Positions 15,984-24,490 of a DNA stretch of 24,553 nt are shown here, one piece after another. Numbering within the stretch: the stretch's first letter is position 1; each line of letters starts with the position of its first letter. The translations under genes were made by a program, and so were the position numbers. Where the stretch lies: contig DAIENX010000062.1 of the NCBI GenBank assembly GCA_027340875.1, positions 1 to 24,553 on the forward strand. The letters run 5' to 3'. Under the pieces are notes generated by a model. The model saw nothing but the letters and a program-made list of their open reading frames with translations, searched no databases and had not been told where the DNA came from. This DNA comes from Elusimicrobiota bacterium (GTDB lineage: Bacteria > Elusimicrobiota > Elusimicrobia > Elusimicrobiales > UBA9959).

Positions 15984-17774
15984 TTATTTACCTTCCGCCC
16001 ACGGGTCCTGGTCCGTGACCCCTACCGGCAGCTTGGCGCCTTTCTCCATCGCCTCGTCCAGGGCCTTTTCCTTCCGGGGATCCAGCCACCACATCGTGGT
16101 TATATCCGAAGCGTCCCCTATCTTGGAGAAATACCGCTCCGGGTGGCCGAACCTGTCGTAGTACATCACCCGGCTGAAATTGGAGGTCCAGGCCAGGGCG
16201 TAGGGATAGGCCCTGAAGATCAGACCGTCTATCTTGTGAACGAGCTTTATCTGCGTCTTCCTGTCCGTGGCCAGGTCGTATTCGCTGCAGAGTTCGTCGA
16301 CCTCCTTGTTCTTGAAGCCGGGGGTATTGTTGTTGTTCAGGGTATCGGCCAGGTCCGAACCCCAGGAGCTGATCGGGTTGGGGAACAGTATCGCGCCCCA
16401 GGGCTGGAACGCTATGGTGAAGTTGCGCTCCCCTATCTTCTTCATCAGCGTGGCCGGGTCGATGAGCTTCAGGTTGAACTTTATTCCGGCGCGCTGGTAG
16501 TCCTCCTGGATCACCTTGAAGATCCGGTCCCAGCTGGGCCAGCCGTACTCCAGCGTGACCTCGAAGATCTCGCCCTTGTCGTTGACCAGCCAGCCGTCCT
16601 TGTTGCGCTTCTTCCAGCCGGCCCTGGCCAGCAGCAGGCGGGCCATGCGCGGGTTATAGCGCACCTTCGGGTTGTCCGGGTTCGCCCAGATGCTGCCGGG
16701 GAAATAGCTGTCTATCGGAGTGTACTGGTTGAAGAAAAGCTTCTCATTGAGGCGCTTGCGGTTGAGCAGGTAGGCGAAGGCCTTGCGGACGTTGCGGTCG
16801 TTGAACGGGGGCTTGCGCATGTTGAACGCGAAGCCGGTGGCGCCCTGCGGGGCGCCGGTGATTATCTTGCGCTTCTGTATCCAGCCGTCCTTGACCTTGT
16901 CGAAGTCGCATTCCTGCGCCCAGCGCTGCGCCTTGCTTACCACGTAGTAATCCAGCTCGCCCTTCTTGAACTTCTCCCAGGCCAACTCCTCGTCCAGGAT
17001 CACCTGCCAGGTGATCCTGTCGAAATTATAGAGGCCGGTATTGTGACGCTCGCCCCAGCCCCAGTAATCCTTCCTGCGGGTGAGGGTCACGGATTCCTGG
17101 TTCTTGATGTCCTCAGGCTTCAGTTCGTAGGGCCCGGAACCCATCTGCATCTTCCAGTTGTAGTCCGAAAGGTATTTCTCGCCGGTCAGCTTCCCCATTT
17201 CCTTTGCCGGATAGATGGCCATGCCGCCGAAATAAAGGAAAAGGCGCCAGTGGACCTTCTTCGTGTGCACGGTGACGACACTGGGGCTCACCACCACAGG
17301 CTTGTCGTAGCTGCCGCCCCACATCATCAGGGAATAAGGATCCTTGATGTCCTTGCGGGTACGGAATTCCCACGTAGCCACAACGTCTTCTGCGGTGACA
17401 GGACTGCCGTCCGCCCAGCGCGCCTTCGGGTTTATATGGAAATAGAACGTGCGCTTGTCAGGGGAGATCTTCCAGTAGTCCGCCAGACCCGGCATGTATT
17501 CCAGAGTTTCAGGATGCAGCCCGACCAGCGCTTCGTAGACAAGACCCTGCATCTGGCTGAGCGTGGAAAGGTTGGAGTTCGGGCCCTCGGTGCGCAGCGT
17601 AGGGGGGAAGGAGGTCCAGAAGAAACGAAGCGTGCCGCCCTTCACGGCTTGGGGTGAACCTATCAGCGGGAAATCCCTGCTGGTCTCCCAGCCGGCGGGG
17701 TTGAAGTCATCGGCCGCGGCGAAAGCGGCACTGAAGAAAAGCAGGGCGGAGAGAATTATCCTGGTTCTCGGCAT
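15984..17774 (-). CDS. Peptide ABC transporter substrate-binding protein (family 5, YejA-like)
   Basis: Signal peptide MPRTRIILSALLFFSAAFAAA, PQAVKGGTLR, ARWADGSPVTAEDV, MGSGPY, DYWG, GLYNFDRI and FNMRKPPFNDRNVRKA. ATG 17774 is preferred to the TTG at 17828, which overlaps the upstream gene. Confidence 0.9.
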   Translation of the reverse strand: MPRTRIILSALLFFSAAFAAADDFNPAGWETSRDFPLIGSPQAVKGGTLRFFWTSFPPTLRTEGPNSNLSTLSQMQGLVYEALVGLHPETLEYMPGLADYWKISPDKRTFYFHINPKARWADGSPVTAEDVVATWEFRTRKDIKDPYSLMMWGGSYDKPVVVSPSVVTVHTKKVHWRLFLYFGGMAIYPAKEMGKLTGEKYLSDYNWKMQMGSGPYELKPEDIKNQESVTLTRRKDYWGWGERHNTGLYNFDRITWQVILDEELAWEKFKKGELDYYVVSKAQRWAQECDFDKVKDGWIQKRKIITGAPQGATGFAFNMRKPPFNDRNVRKAFAYLLNRKRLNEKLFFNQYTPIDSYFPGSIWANPDNPKVRYNPRMARLLLARAGWKKRNKDGWLVNDKGEIFEVTLEYGWPSWDRIFKVIQEDYQRAGIKFNLKLIDPATLMKKIGERNFTIAFQPWGAILFPNPISSWGSDLADTLNNNNTPGFKNKEVDELCSEYDLATDRKTQIKLVHKIDGLIFRAYPYALAWTSNFSRVMYYDRFGHPERYFSKIGDASDITTMWWLDPRKEKALDEAMEKGAKLPVGVTDQDPWAEGK

Positions 17775-17785
17775 TTGTCCCGTAT

Positions 17786-17794
17786 AAAATAGCA
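17786..17794 (-). promoter_or_regulatory. Extended -10 promoter candidate for the ABC operon
   Basis: The - strand reads TG-C-TATTTT, 11 nt before ATG 17774, in an AT-rich 37-nt gap. Confidence 0.45.
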
Positions 17795-17811
17795 AATATC
17801 CCGGAGGTCTC

Positions 17812-19992
17812 CTAGGGTCTGGCGTCAATATTCTTCATTATTATCTCCTTCATGACGTCGAAAGCCGGCGCGGTCCCGGGAGGCAGCTTGTCGGCCAGCT
17901 CGTACACCTCTATCCGGTTGAAGACGCGCCCGCCCTCGGTCTCGCTGAAGGAGAAGACGCCGCGCACGTGCCTGGCCCAGAAGTCGGAGAAGACGGCGCG
18001 GGCCCTGGCATCCCAGTAGAACATACGGTAATCGCGGCCCAGCCGGATCGAGTCCGCGGGATTGAGCAGTATGTGGGTCACGCCGTCCCTGCGCAGGCTG
18101 GCGTAAAGGTCGTCGCCGCTTACGGCGGCAGAGGAATACTCCACTATCGCCGTCCGGTCGTAGACGGAACTGACGATGAAGTCGCGCTTCAGGTAAAAGC
18201 TCTTCTCATCGCCTATCATCAGGACCTTTGAACCGGGCGGCGTATGCTCGTTGATGAACTTTATCCCGGAATAGCAACTGTAAGGATAGGTCGGCTGGCT
18301 GTGGGAGAGATAATCCTCGGCGGATACCGCCCCGGTCAGCGGCCGCCAGCGGCCCTGAGTGTAGAAGATGTAGGCCGCCCAGTAGAGCGCCGCCAGACAG
18401 GAGGCTATGACCGCCCCTTTGAGCAGGTTTTTCAGCGCCCTATGGCCGCCGGAGAACAAGTAGACGGCCAGCAGCAGACCCGCGGCCGGGTAGGCAGGCA
18501 TCATGAAGCGCACCATAGTGGTGGATACCGACCAACCGGCCCAGACGGTCAGAAAGAAGGTCCAGAGGGAGGCGACGGCCGCGCCGGCAGGAGCGCCCAG
18601 CAGGAACAGCAGCGGCAGGAAGGCCAGAAAGAGGGGGGTAAAGAACTCCGAATTCGGGACCTGACCCATCGTCACTTTCCACGGGGTCAGCAGCCAGCTC
18701 GAAGGGGTCAGGTGCCCCATCTGGGCCGCTTGACTTATGAAATCCTTCAGCTTCTGCGGATCGGCGCTCGACCCGGTGCCGAACAGGCCCGAGCCGAAAG
18801 GGAACACCGGGTTGCCGGTATAGAGCCAGTTCTTGACCAGCCAGGGCCCTGTGAAGACCGTGGCGATAAAAGTGAAGAGCGCCAGGTTGCGGAAAGCCGT
18901 ACCGGGCCTGGAACGGTCGGACCAGGCGTAGGCCAGCATGACTCCTGCGGTCGGGAAAAAACCCGTATATTTGACGCCCATGGCCAGGCCGCAGAACACG
19001 GCGGCCAGCCAGAGCGGCCTGTCGTCACCGGCCGCGCGCAAGAGCGCCGCGTACAGGCCCAGCGTCGAGAACAGCATCAGCAGCGACTCGGTGCCGGACG
19101 ACCAGGAAGCGAACATCGCGTGGCATACCGTATAGGATATCAGCGCGCCCCAGAGGCCGGCCCGCAGCGACAGGAAGCGGACGCCGAAAGCCAGGGCCGC
19201 GGCGGCCGTAAGGACGCCGGCGGAATAGTTGACGAACTTCGCGAGCGGCGCGCCCTTCAGCAGCAGGGCCGCGGCATAGATCATGCCGTGCGTGAACGGC
19301 AGGTCGGAATAGAAATTGTACGGCATCGGCGCGAAGCCGTGCATTATCACGAAGAAGTTTGGGACGGCCAGATGATAGACCAGCGCGTCGTAGAAGATCT
19401 CCGGGGCCAGCGCGCCGGCCAGGTTGAGCAGCATGGCCAGCAGCAGGACTCCCAGCGCCGCGAGGTCCCACGGGCCGAGCTCGCCCGGCGCCGCCTCCAC
19501 CGGCGGCAGCGGGCTGCCGCGCAGCTGCCAGGCCCCCAAGGCCAGGGCGGCCAGCATCAGGAGCGCCACAGGCCAGAGATACAGGACCTTGAGCGTCGCC
19601 AGGACGAAGACATAAGCGGCCAGCAGGCCCAACCCGGCCCCGCAGGAGAAAACCGACTCTTCCAGCGCCCCGCGGAAGGAAAGGCCGGCGGCCCTGAGCG
19701 CGGCGCGGCCCAGCGAGAAGCAGGAAAAAAGGAACGCGGCCGCGGCCAGCAGGTTGAGCAGATGCCCGGGCAGTACGGAGACCAGCCCGGCGGTGTACTG
19801 CTCCGGCGCCAGCATGGCCGACAGCGCGTCCAGCCGGGGCATGAACTTCGAATAGTAGGACTTCAGGACGAAGGCGGCCCAGCCGCCCGCGACAGGCCAG
19901 ACCAGCCAGGAGGGGAAACGGGGCTTTTCCTCCGCCGGCCGCGCGGAAGGCTGAGGGACGGGCTGCCGTTCTTTCCTGTGTCTTTTGGCCAT
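17812..19992 (-). CDS. Large polytopic membrane protein, probable GT-C fold glycosyltransferase (ArnT/PMT-like)
   Basis: 726 aa with many TM segments. Loop motif PEIFYDALVYHLAVP, plus GLAMGVKYTG, PWLVKNWLYTGNPVFPF and RFMMP, and a C-terminal soluble domain (FINEHTPPGSKVL...GVTHIL). Confidence 0.7.
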   Translation of the reverse strand: MAKRHRKERQPVPQPSARPAEEKPRFPSWLVWPVAGGWAAFVLKSYYSKFMPRLDALSAMLAPEQYTAGLVSVLPGHLLNLLAAAAFLFSCFSLGRAALRAAGLSFRGALEESVFSCGAGLGLLAAYVFVLATLKVLYLWPVALLMLAALALGAWQLRGSPLPPVEAAPGELGPWDLAALGVLLLAMLLNLAGALAPEIFYDALVYHLAVPNFFVIMHGFAPMPYNFYSDLPFTHGMIYAAALLLKGAPLAKFVNYSAGVLTAAAALAFGVRFLSLRAGLWGALISYTVCHAMFASWSSGTESLLMLFSTLGLYAALLRAAGDDRPLWLAAVFCGLAMGVKYTGFFPTAGVMLAYAWSDRSRPGTAFRNLALFTFIATVFTGPWLVKNWLYTGNPVFPFGSGLFGTGSSADPQKLKDFISQAAQMGHLTPSSWLLTPWKVTMGQVPNSEFFTPLFLAFLPLLFLLGAPAGAAVASLWTFFLTVWAGWSVSTTMVRFMMPAYPAAGLLLAVYLFSGGHRALKNLLKGAVIASCLAALYWAAYIFYTQGRWRPLTGAVSAEDYLSHSQPTYPYSCYSGIKFINEHTPPGSKVLMIGDEKSFYLKRDFIVSSVYDRTAIVEYSSAAVSGDDLYASLRRDGVTHILLNPADSIRLGRDYRMFYWDARARAVFSDFWARHVRGVFSFSETEGGRVFNRIEVYELADKLPPGTAPAFDVMKEIIMKNIDARP

Positions 19993-19995
19993 ATC

Positions 19996-20054
19996 AAAAA
20001 GATGACCGGCGGGCCGGCGGAGGTAAGCCCCTCCCGTCCGTCCGCCGGTCGCCT
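19996..20054 (-). terminator. Intrinsic terminator after the 374-aa gene
   Basis: On the - strand, GACCGGCGG...GGAGG-loop-CCTCC...CCGCCGGTC forms a hairpin followed by ATCTTTTT. Confidence 0.65.
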
Positions 20055-20061
20055 GGCGTGG

Positions 20062-21186
20062 TTATTTCTCGAGCACCTCTATGTTGGCGCGGGGGACCAC
20101 TATGACCTCGCCGCCGTCCAACTTCACCTCGAGCACGCGGGCGTGCGATTCGCTGCCGATGACCGTGAGCTCCGGAGGCAGCGACTTCACGGTGCCGATC
20201 ACGCCGAAATGCGGCTCCCGGATGATCCGTATAGGGTCGCCGGGCTCTATCCACCCGCGCCCCTGGTCCCGCTTCACCTCGCTGACGCCTTTCGGCATGC
20301 CCGGGACGATGATCTCGGGGCGCATGACTCCCGCGCGTATCTGCGTGGCGCCGGACACGGAAGCATGCTCGCCGTTGCGGGAGCTGAGCAGCTTGAAGGT
20401 GTACTCGGCCATCGGGATCATGCCGAAGCCCTCTGTCACGACCAGCGTGGTGCCGATCTTCTCGGAGCCCGTGACGGCTACCCCTATATCGTAGCCGAGC
20501 AGCTGGCGCAGGTCGCGGTCGTATATGCCGCCGACGACTATCGCGTTGACGCCCAGCTCGATGGCCCGCTGTATGGTGGCCAGGCTGGCGTGCTTGCCGC
20601 CCACCACGATCTTCCCGCGGTGGTGCTCCTTGATGGCCTCCGCCTCGAGTTCCTCGTCGGGGCTTTCAACAGCCACGCAGATCTCGCCGTTGGTCTCGCC
20701 GCCGATGCCGAAGATCCCCTGTATGAAGGTGCCTTCGGCCTCCACAGTCACTCCGAAGCCGGGAGTGATCTCGACGATCTTGCCCTTCACGTAGGCCTTC
20801 ACAGGCAGGACCTTCGGTGGCTCGCGCAGCAGGACCTGGCCCGTCACCGGTGAGATGGATTCCACCGTGCCGGCGACCGGCGACTCTATGGAGGTCTTGA
20901 ACCATTTCAGGAAAGGCTTGTTCTCGGCGATCACCTCTCCGGCGGCGACCGTATCTCCTTCCCTCTTCAGCATGAAGCCCGGGATCTCCTCGGGCGACAC
21001 GGCGAGCCGGTTGGCGACGTTGACCGAGAACACCTTGCCGGGCAGCTCGGTCTGGGCCACCACGTCCAGCGCGTCCACGCAGGCGCCCATCTCGGCCATC
21101 ACCTTTCCCGGGATAGGCAGCAGGCGCTTCTTGTGCAGCATCGTGCTGGGCATTCCCTTGAGTCCTGGAGTATACGCATGAGCCAT
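20062..21186 (-). CDS. Uncharacterised soluble protein with barrel-sandwich-hybrid-like N-terminus and KOW/SH3-like C-terminus (partner of the GlmL-like ATPase)
   Basis: 374 aa with an AGGAGA RBS. Hybrid-motif-like segments GKVMAEMGACVDALDVVA and KREGDTVAAGEVIAE...SPVAGTVESI. Gly-rich middle region (IQGIFGIGGE, VVTEGFG, GATQIRAGVMRPEI). C-terminus GDPIRIIREPHFGVIGTV...VPRANIE. Confidence 0.8.
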   Translation of the reverse strand: MAHAYTPGLKGMPSTMLHKKRLLPIPGKVMAEMGACVDALDVVAQTELPGKVFSVNVANRLAVSPEEIPGFMLKREGDTVAAGEVIAENKPFLKWFKTSIESPVAGTVESISPVTGQVLLREPPKVLPVKAYVKGKIVEITPGFGVTVEAEGTFIQGIFGIGGETNGEICVAVESPDEELEAEAIKEHHRGKIVVGGKHASLATIQRAIELGVNAIVVGGIYDRDLRQLLGYDIGVAVTGSEKIGTTLVVTEGFGMIPMAEYTFKLLSSRNGEHASVSGATQIRAGVMRPEIIVPGMPKGVSEVKRDQGRGWIEPGDPIRIIREPHFGVIGTVKSLPPELTVIGSESHARVLEVKLDGGEVIVVPRANIEVLEK

Positions 21187-21215
21187 AGTTTATCTCCTAG
21201 TAGAAGTTCTGCGCG

Positions 21216-23009
21216 TCAGACGGGGTACATCCCCATTGCCTTGTACCATTTGGCCAGGTCGGCCCGGCGCTTCGCGGGCTCCTTGGACAGGTTGAACGGC
21301 CGGCCGCGGCCGTCGAGCACCAGGCCCACGACCCCGCCCTCTATCTCCGCCTCCAGCTTGTTGCCGGGGCCGGCGCCCATGTCGAAGCCCTTGGCGGGCC
21401 TGGCCACCAGCTTGGCCTTCGGAGCGGCCAGCGGGACATGCTGCATATCGCCGAAGCGGAGCTGCCCGTTCTCACGGCTGCCGTCGGGACAGGTGATCTC
21501 CCACTCCATTATCACCTGGCCTTCCTTGGCCAGGCCCTTCGGGGCCAGGCAGGTGCCGAGCCGCACGAGGCAGTCGTGGTAGAACACGTCGAGCGCCGCC
21601 TTCTCGCTGATCTGGGCGAGCACGCCGAGGTGCGGCATCATGAAGATGGAGTCCACGGCCATGCGCGTGACGCCCTCGGGCTGGTAGGCGTCTATCATCA
21701 GCATCATAGACTGTGTGCGGCGGGGGGAATGGGCGAGGATTCCGCCCGAGCCTATCACGTAGTCCAGCCGCATCACGTTGATCAGGCTCTGGCCGGAGGA
21801 GGTCTGCTCGAACGCGTCGGAGATCGAGCGCTCCTGCTGCACGCCCTTCAGGCCCACGGCGAGGGCCTTGTGTTGCTCGAAGGCCAGCCGCAGCGCCTCG
21901 CGGGCCGCGGAGTGCTCAATCTGCAGGTCTTCCACCGTCTGCGGTATCGTGGTGGGTCGGATCATCTTGTTCTTCAGGCGGTCGCGCAGGTCCTGCTCGT
22001 CTATATCGAACGGCAGCCAGCGCAGGATGTTCGGCAGGCCGGCCTCGGCCATCACGTTGGAGATGGAATAGCTCATGCCCAGGTTGGCGCTGACGGTGCG
22101 GTTGAACACCTCGTCGAAGACGCTGAACACGTCGGTGGTCGCGCCGCCGATATCTACGGCCAGCACGTTGAACTTATTGGCCTTCGCGAACTTCTCGGTC
22201 ATCGTGCCGACGGCTGCCGGCGTGGGCATGATCGGGGCGCCTACCATTTTCATCAGCCTGGGGTAGCCGGGCGCCTGCTGCATCACGTGCTCGAGGAAGA
22301 TGTCGTGGATCTTGTGGCGCGCCGGCATCAGGTTCTCTCGCTCCAGCGTGGGCCGCAGGTTTTCGGTCAGGATCAGAGCGGTGCCCTCGCCCAGGATGTC
22401 CTTTATCTGCTGGTGGGCCTTATTGTTGCCGGCGTAGATGACCGGGAGCTTGTAGGAGGCGCCCAGGCGCGGCTTCGGGTCCGCGGCCTTCAGGAACTGC
22501 GCCAGCTCCACCACGTGCGTCACGGTGCCGCCGTCGGTGCCGCCTGAAAGCAGCATCATGTCGGGGCGCAGCTGGCGGATGCGTTCGATCTTCTCGTGGT
22601 CGGCGCGGCCGTCGTTGGAGGCCAGCACGTCCATCACTATCGCGCCGGCGCCGAGCGCGCAGCGCTGGGCCGACTCGCCGGTCATCGCCTTCACCGCTCC
22701 GGCCACCATCATCTGCAGGCCGCCCCCGGCGGAGGAAGTGGAAACGTAGATATCGGCGCCGGTCAGGCCGACGTTGGGAGTGATGATCTTCTCGCCGTCG
22801 AGCAGCTTGCGCCCGGAGAGCTCCTCCACCTCGGTTATCGCGTTAAGGACGCCTTTGGTCACGTCCTCGAACGGGGCTTCCACCGTGGTGGGGGCCTCGC
22901 CGCGGAAGGTCTGGCGGTAGGTGTCGCCCTTCTTCTCGATCAGGATGGCCTTGGTGGTCGTGCTGCCGCAGTCGGTGGCTATTATGGTTTCAAGGTCTTT
23001 CTTTGACAT
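21216..23009 (-). CDS. GlmL/MutL (glutamate-mutase-L) family ASKHA-fold ATPase, long form
   Basis: Phosphate-1 motif ATDCGSTTTK, TSSAGGGL, AQRCALGAGA, LLSGGTDGG, PVIYAGN, IMPTPAAV, phosphate-2 motif VDIGGATTDVFS and adenosine motif IGSGG. 597 aa. Confidence 0.85.
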   Translation of the reverse strand: MSKKDLETIIATDCGSTTTKAILIEKKGDTYRQTFRGEAPTTVEAPFEDVTKGVLNAITEVEELSGRKLLDGEKIITPNVGLTGADIYVSTSSAGGGLQMMVAGAVKAMTGESAQRCALGAGAIVMDVLASNDGRADHEKIERIRQLRPDMMLLSGGTDGGTVTHVVELAQFLKAADPKPRLGASYKLPVIYAGNNKAHQQIKDILGEGTALILTENLRPTLERENLMPARHKIHDIFLEHVMQQAPGYPRLMKMVGAPIMPTPAAVGTMTEKFAKANKFNVLAVDIGGATTDVFSVFDEVFNRTVSANLGMSYSISNVMAEAGLPNILRWLPFDIDEQDLRDRLKNKMIRPTTIPQTVEDLQIEHSAAREALRLAFEQHKALAVGLKGVQQERSISDAFEQTSSGQSLINVMRLDYVIGSGGILAHSPRRTQSMMLMIDAYQPEGVTRMAVDSIFMMPHLGVLAQISEKAALDVFYHDCLVRLGTCLAPKGLAKEGQVIMEWEITCPDGSRENGQLRFGDMQHVPLAAPKAKLVARPAKGFDMGAGPGNKLEAEIEGGVVGLVLDGRGRPFNLSKEPAKRRADLAKWYKAMGMYPV

Positions 23010-23322
23010 TTGTATCGTCCTTTTCGGGTGGTTCGGCGCCGAGCCTCTCTACGAAGTAGTCTACCGCTTTCCTGTTCTCGAGGAGCGTCCTGTACTTCTC
23101 GACCTCCTCCTTCCTGAAAGCCATCGCGAGCAGGGGCTCCAGGAACGTCACCCCCTGCGCTCCGAGCCCGTGCATGGGGCGGGTGCCCTCCAGGGCGAAG
23201 ACCGCCACGTCGCCCATGCCCCGTTCCCGGACCTTCTGCGCCAGCGCGTCCAGCAGCTTTTTCTCCTCCGGAGTCGGCTCGGGCGGCTCGGGGATCTTGA
23301 AAGCGTTGTCCCAGATACCCAT
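22990..23322 (-). CDS. Small uncharacterised protein, first gene of the glmL-like operon
   Basis: About 110 aa (EEKKLLDALAQKVRERGM...ALEGTRPM...GAQ...FLEP...LLENR). It overlaps the glmL-like start by 20 nt. Start is 23328 or 23322. Confidence 0.75.
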   Translation of the reverse strand: MGIWDNAFKIPEPPEPTPEEKKLLDALAQKVRERGMGDVAVFALEGTRPMHGLGAQGVTFLEPLLAMAFRKEEVEKYRTLLENRKAVDYFVERLGAEPPEKDDTNVKERP

Positions 23323-23330
23323 CGCCATTC

Positions 23331-23339
23331 ATTTTAACA
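23331..23339 (-). promoter_or_regulatory. Extended -10 promoter (TG-T-TAAAAT) of the glmL-like operon
   Basis: The - strand reads TGTTAAAAT, 8 nt before ATG 23322. No SD is visible. Confidence 0.55.
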
Positions 23340-23375
23340 TAAAAATAAATGCGCGTCCCTGACATAAGGACGCGC
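23340..23375 (-). terminator. Intrinsic terminator after the DUF192 gene
   Basis: 8-bp stem GCGCGTCC / GGACGCGC with a 9-nt loop, followed on the - strand by ATTTATTTTT. Confidence 0.75.
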
Positions 23376-23407
23376 GGCGCCGGCCTCGGGAGGGCGCGAT
23401 GAGCCGG

Positions 23408-23977
23408 CTATTCGCCCCGTTTCTTCGGGCCGTCTTCCGGCCGGGCGAACGGCGGGGATGGGCTCTTGCCGGCCGCGGGCCGGCTGCTCACGGCGACGGC
23501 CTTTTTCTCAGGCCCGGCGAACGATACGGCCAGCCTGGAGCCGGGCCTGAGCTTGTGGGACCTGGCGGCGCCGGACGCCAGCTCCAGCACGTACCACGCC
23601 GGAGAAGAGGCCCTCGCGACCTCGCTCTCGGGCTGGTCCCCGTAGGAGCGGGGGACGCGGTGGAAAACCCGCTCCACCTTCATCTCCCCGTCCAGGAAGA
23701 CCATGTCGAGGTCGATCAGCGTGTTCTTCATCCAGAAAGTCTTCAGGCCCCCGTCCTCGAAGACGAACAGCATGCCGCGGTCTTCCGCCAGCGACTTGCG
23801 GAACATCAGGCCCCGCTCCCTTTCTTCCGGGGTGAGCGCGAGCTCGGCGGCGACCTTGAAGCCGTCCGGCAGCGTTAGCACGGCCGAGGCGGCGTCCTTA
23901 GGGACCCGGAGGCCCCGGCCGGACGCGCCGCACAGCAGGGCAGGCAGCAGCAGAACCACGGAGAGCCTAGTTCTCAT
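23408..23977 (-). CDS. DUF192 family exported protein
   Basis: AELALTPEERERGLMFR, GMLFVF, FWMKNTLIDLDMVF and YVLELASG, with an N-terminal signal and a low-complexity C-terminal tail. Confidence 0.9.
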   Translation of the reverse strand: MRTRLSVVLLLPALLCGASGRGLRVPKDAASAVLTLPDGFKVAAELALTPEERERGLMFRKSLAEDRGMLFVFEDGGLKTFWMKNTLIDLDMVFLDGEMKVERVFHRVPRSYGDQPESEVARASSPAWYVLELASGAARSHKLRPGSRLAVSFAGPEKKAVAVSSRPAAGKSPSPPFARPEDGPKKRGE

Positions 23978-24482
23978 CTTCTTCCTTTACGGCCGACGAG
24001 GAGATTCCCACCGCGGTGGAACTGGAAGAGGCGGGGGGAGGCAGGAAAAGGGGCATCCTCGAGTCCGCCGCGGCTTTCAGCCGGCCGGCCTCCTCGAAGA
24101 GTGCCATCGCGTCAGCGCCGTGCGCCCTGGCCAGCCCCCGAAGACCGCCGGCCTTCGGAAGCTCCGCGGCCAGCTTCTTGAAAGTCGCTCCTGACCTTTC
24201 GGAGAGCAGCAGGATGAACGCCAGTTCCTGGCGGTAGATCCCGCCGCGCAGATAGGAGAGCATCTCGCGCTCCGGAGTGGTGGATTCGAAGACGGCGTAC
24301 AGCGTGGAGCTGCTCACCTCGGCGCTGAGCGCCCAGGAATAGGCGTCCTCGCCGGAGGTGTCTATGCGTCCGGGCTCGTTCTTGCTGAAGGAATCGGGAC
24401 CCACCTCCGCGCCCAGGAAGACCTGCGCGGAAGCGGGGACCGCCACCGCCAGCAGGCAGAGCAGCAGCGCCGCGCGTTTCAT
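23967..24482 (-). CDS. Hypothetical exported protein
   Basis: 171 aa with signal peptide MKRAALLLCLLAVAVPASA. It overlaps the DUF192 start by 11 nt. Confidence 0.7.
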   Translation of the reverse strand: MKRAALLLCLLAVAVPASAQVFLGAEVGPDSFSKNEPGRIDTSGEDAYSWALSAEVSSSTLYAVFESTTPEREMLSYLRGGIYRQELAFILLLSERSGATFKKLAAELPKAGGLRGLARAHGADAMALFEEAGRLKAAADSRMPLFLPPPASSSSTAVGISSSAVKEEDEN

Positions 24483-24490
24483 GGCGGGCC

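Noticed and set aside
18244..20853. 869-aa + strand ORF, and other long antisense ORFs (1646-2746, 10149-11477, 13835-14929, 16143-17657, 21438-22547)
   Set aside because: They lie antisense to well-supported genes and have no recognisable motifs. They are the expected shadow ORFs of GC3-biased coding sequence.
21216..23009. Calling this DNA mismatch-repair MutL or a glutamate mutase
   Set aside because: The motifs are ASKHA/actin-like, not GHKL, and there is no B12-binding or TIM-barrel mutase signature. The shared name is coincidental.
22982..23365. 127-aa alternative ORF overlapping the small gene
   Set aside because: It starts within the terminator loop and has low-complexity composition. 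The ~110-aa frame is more protein-like and fits the promoter.
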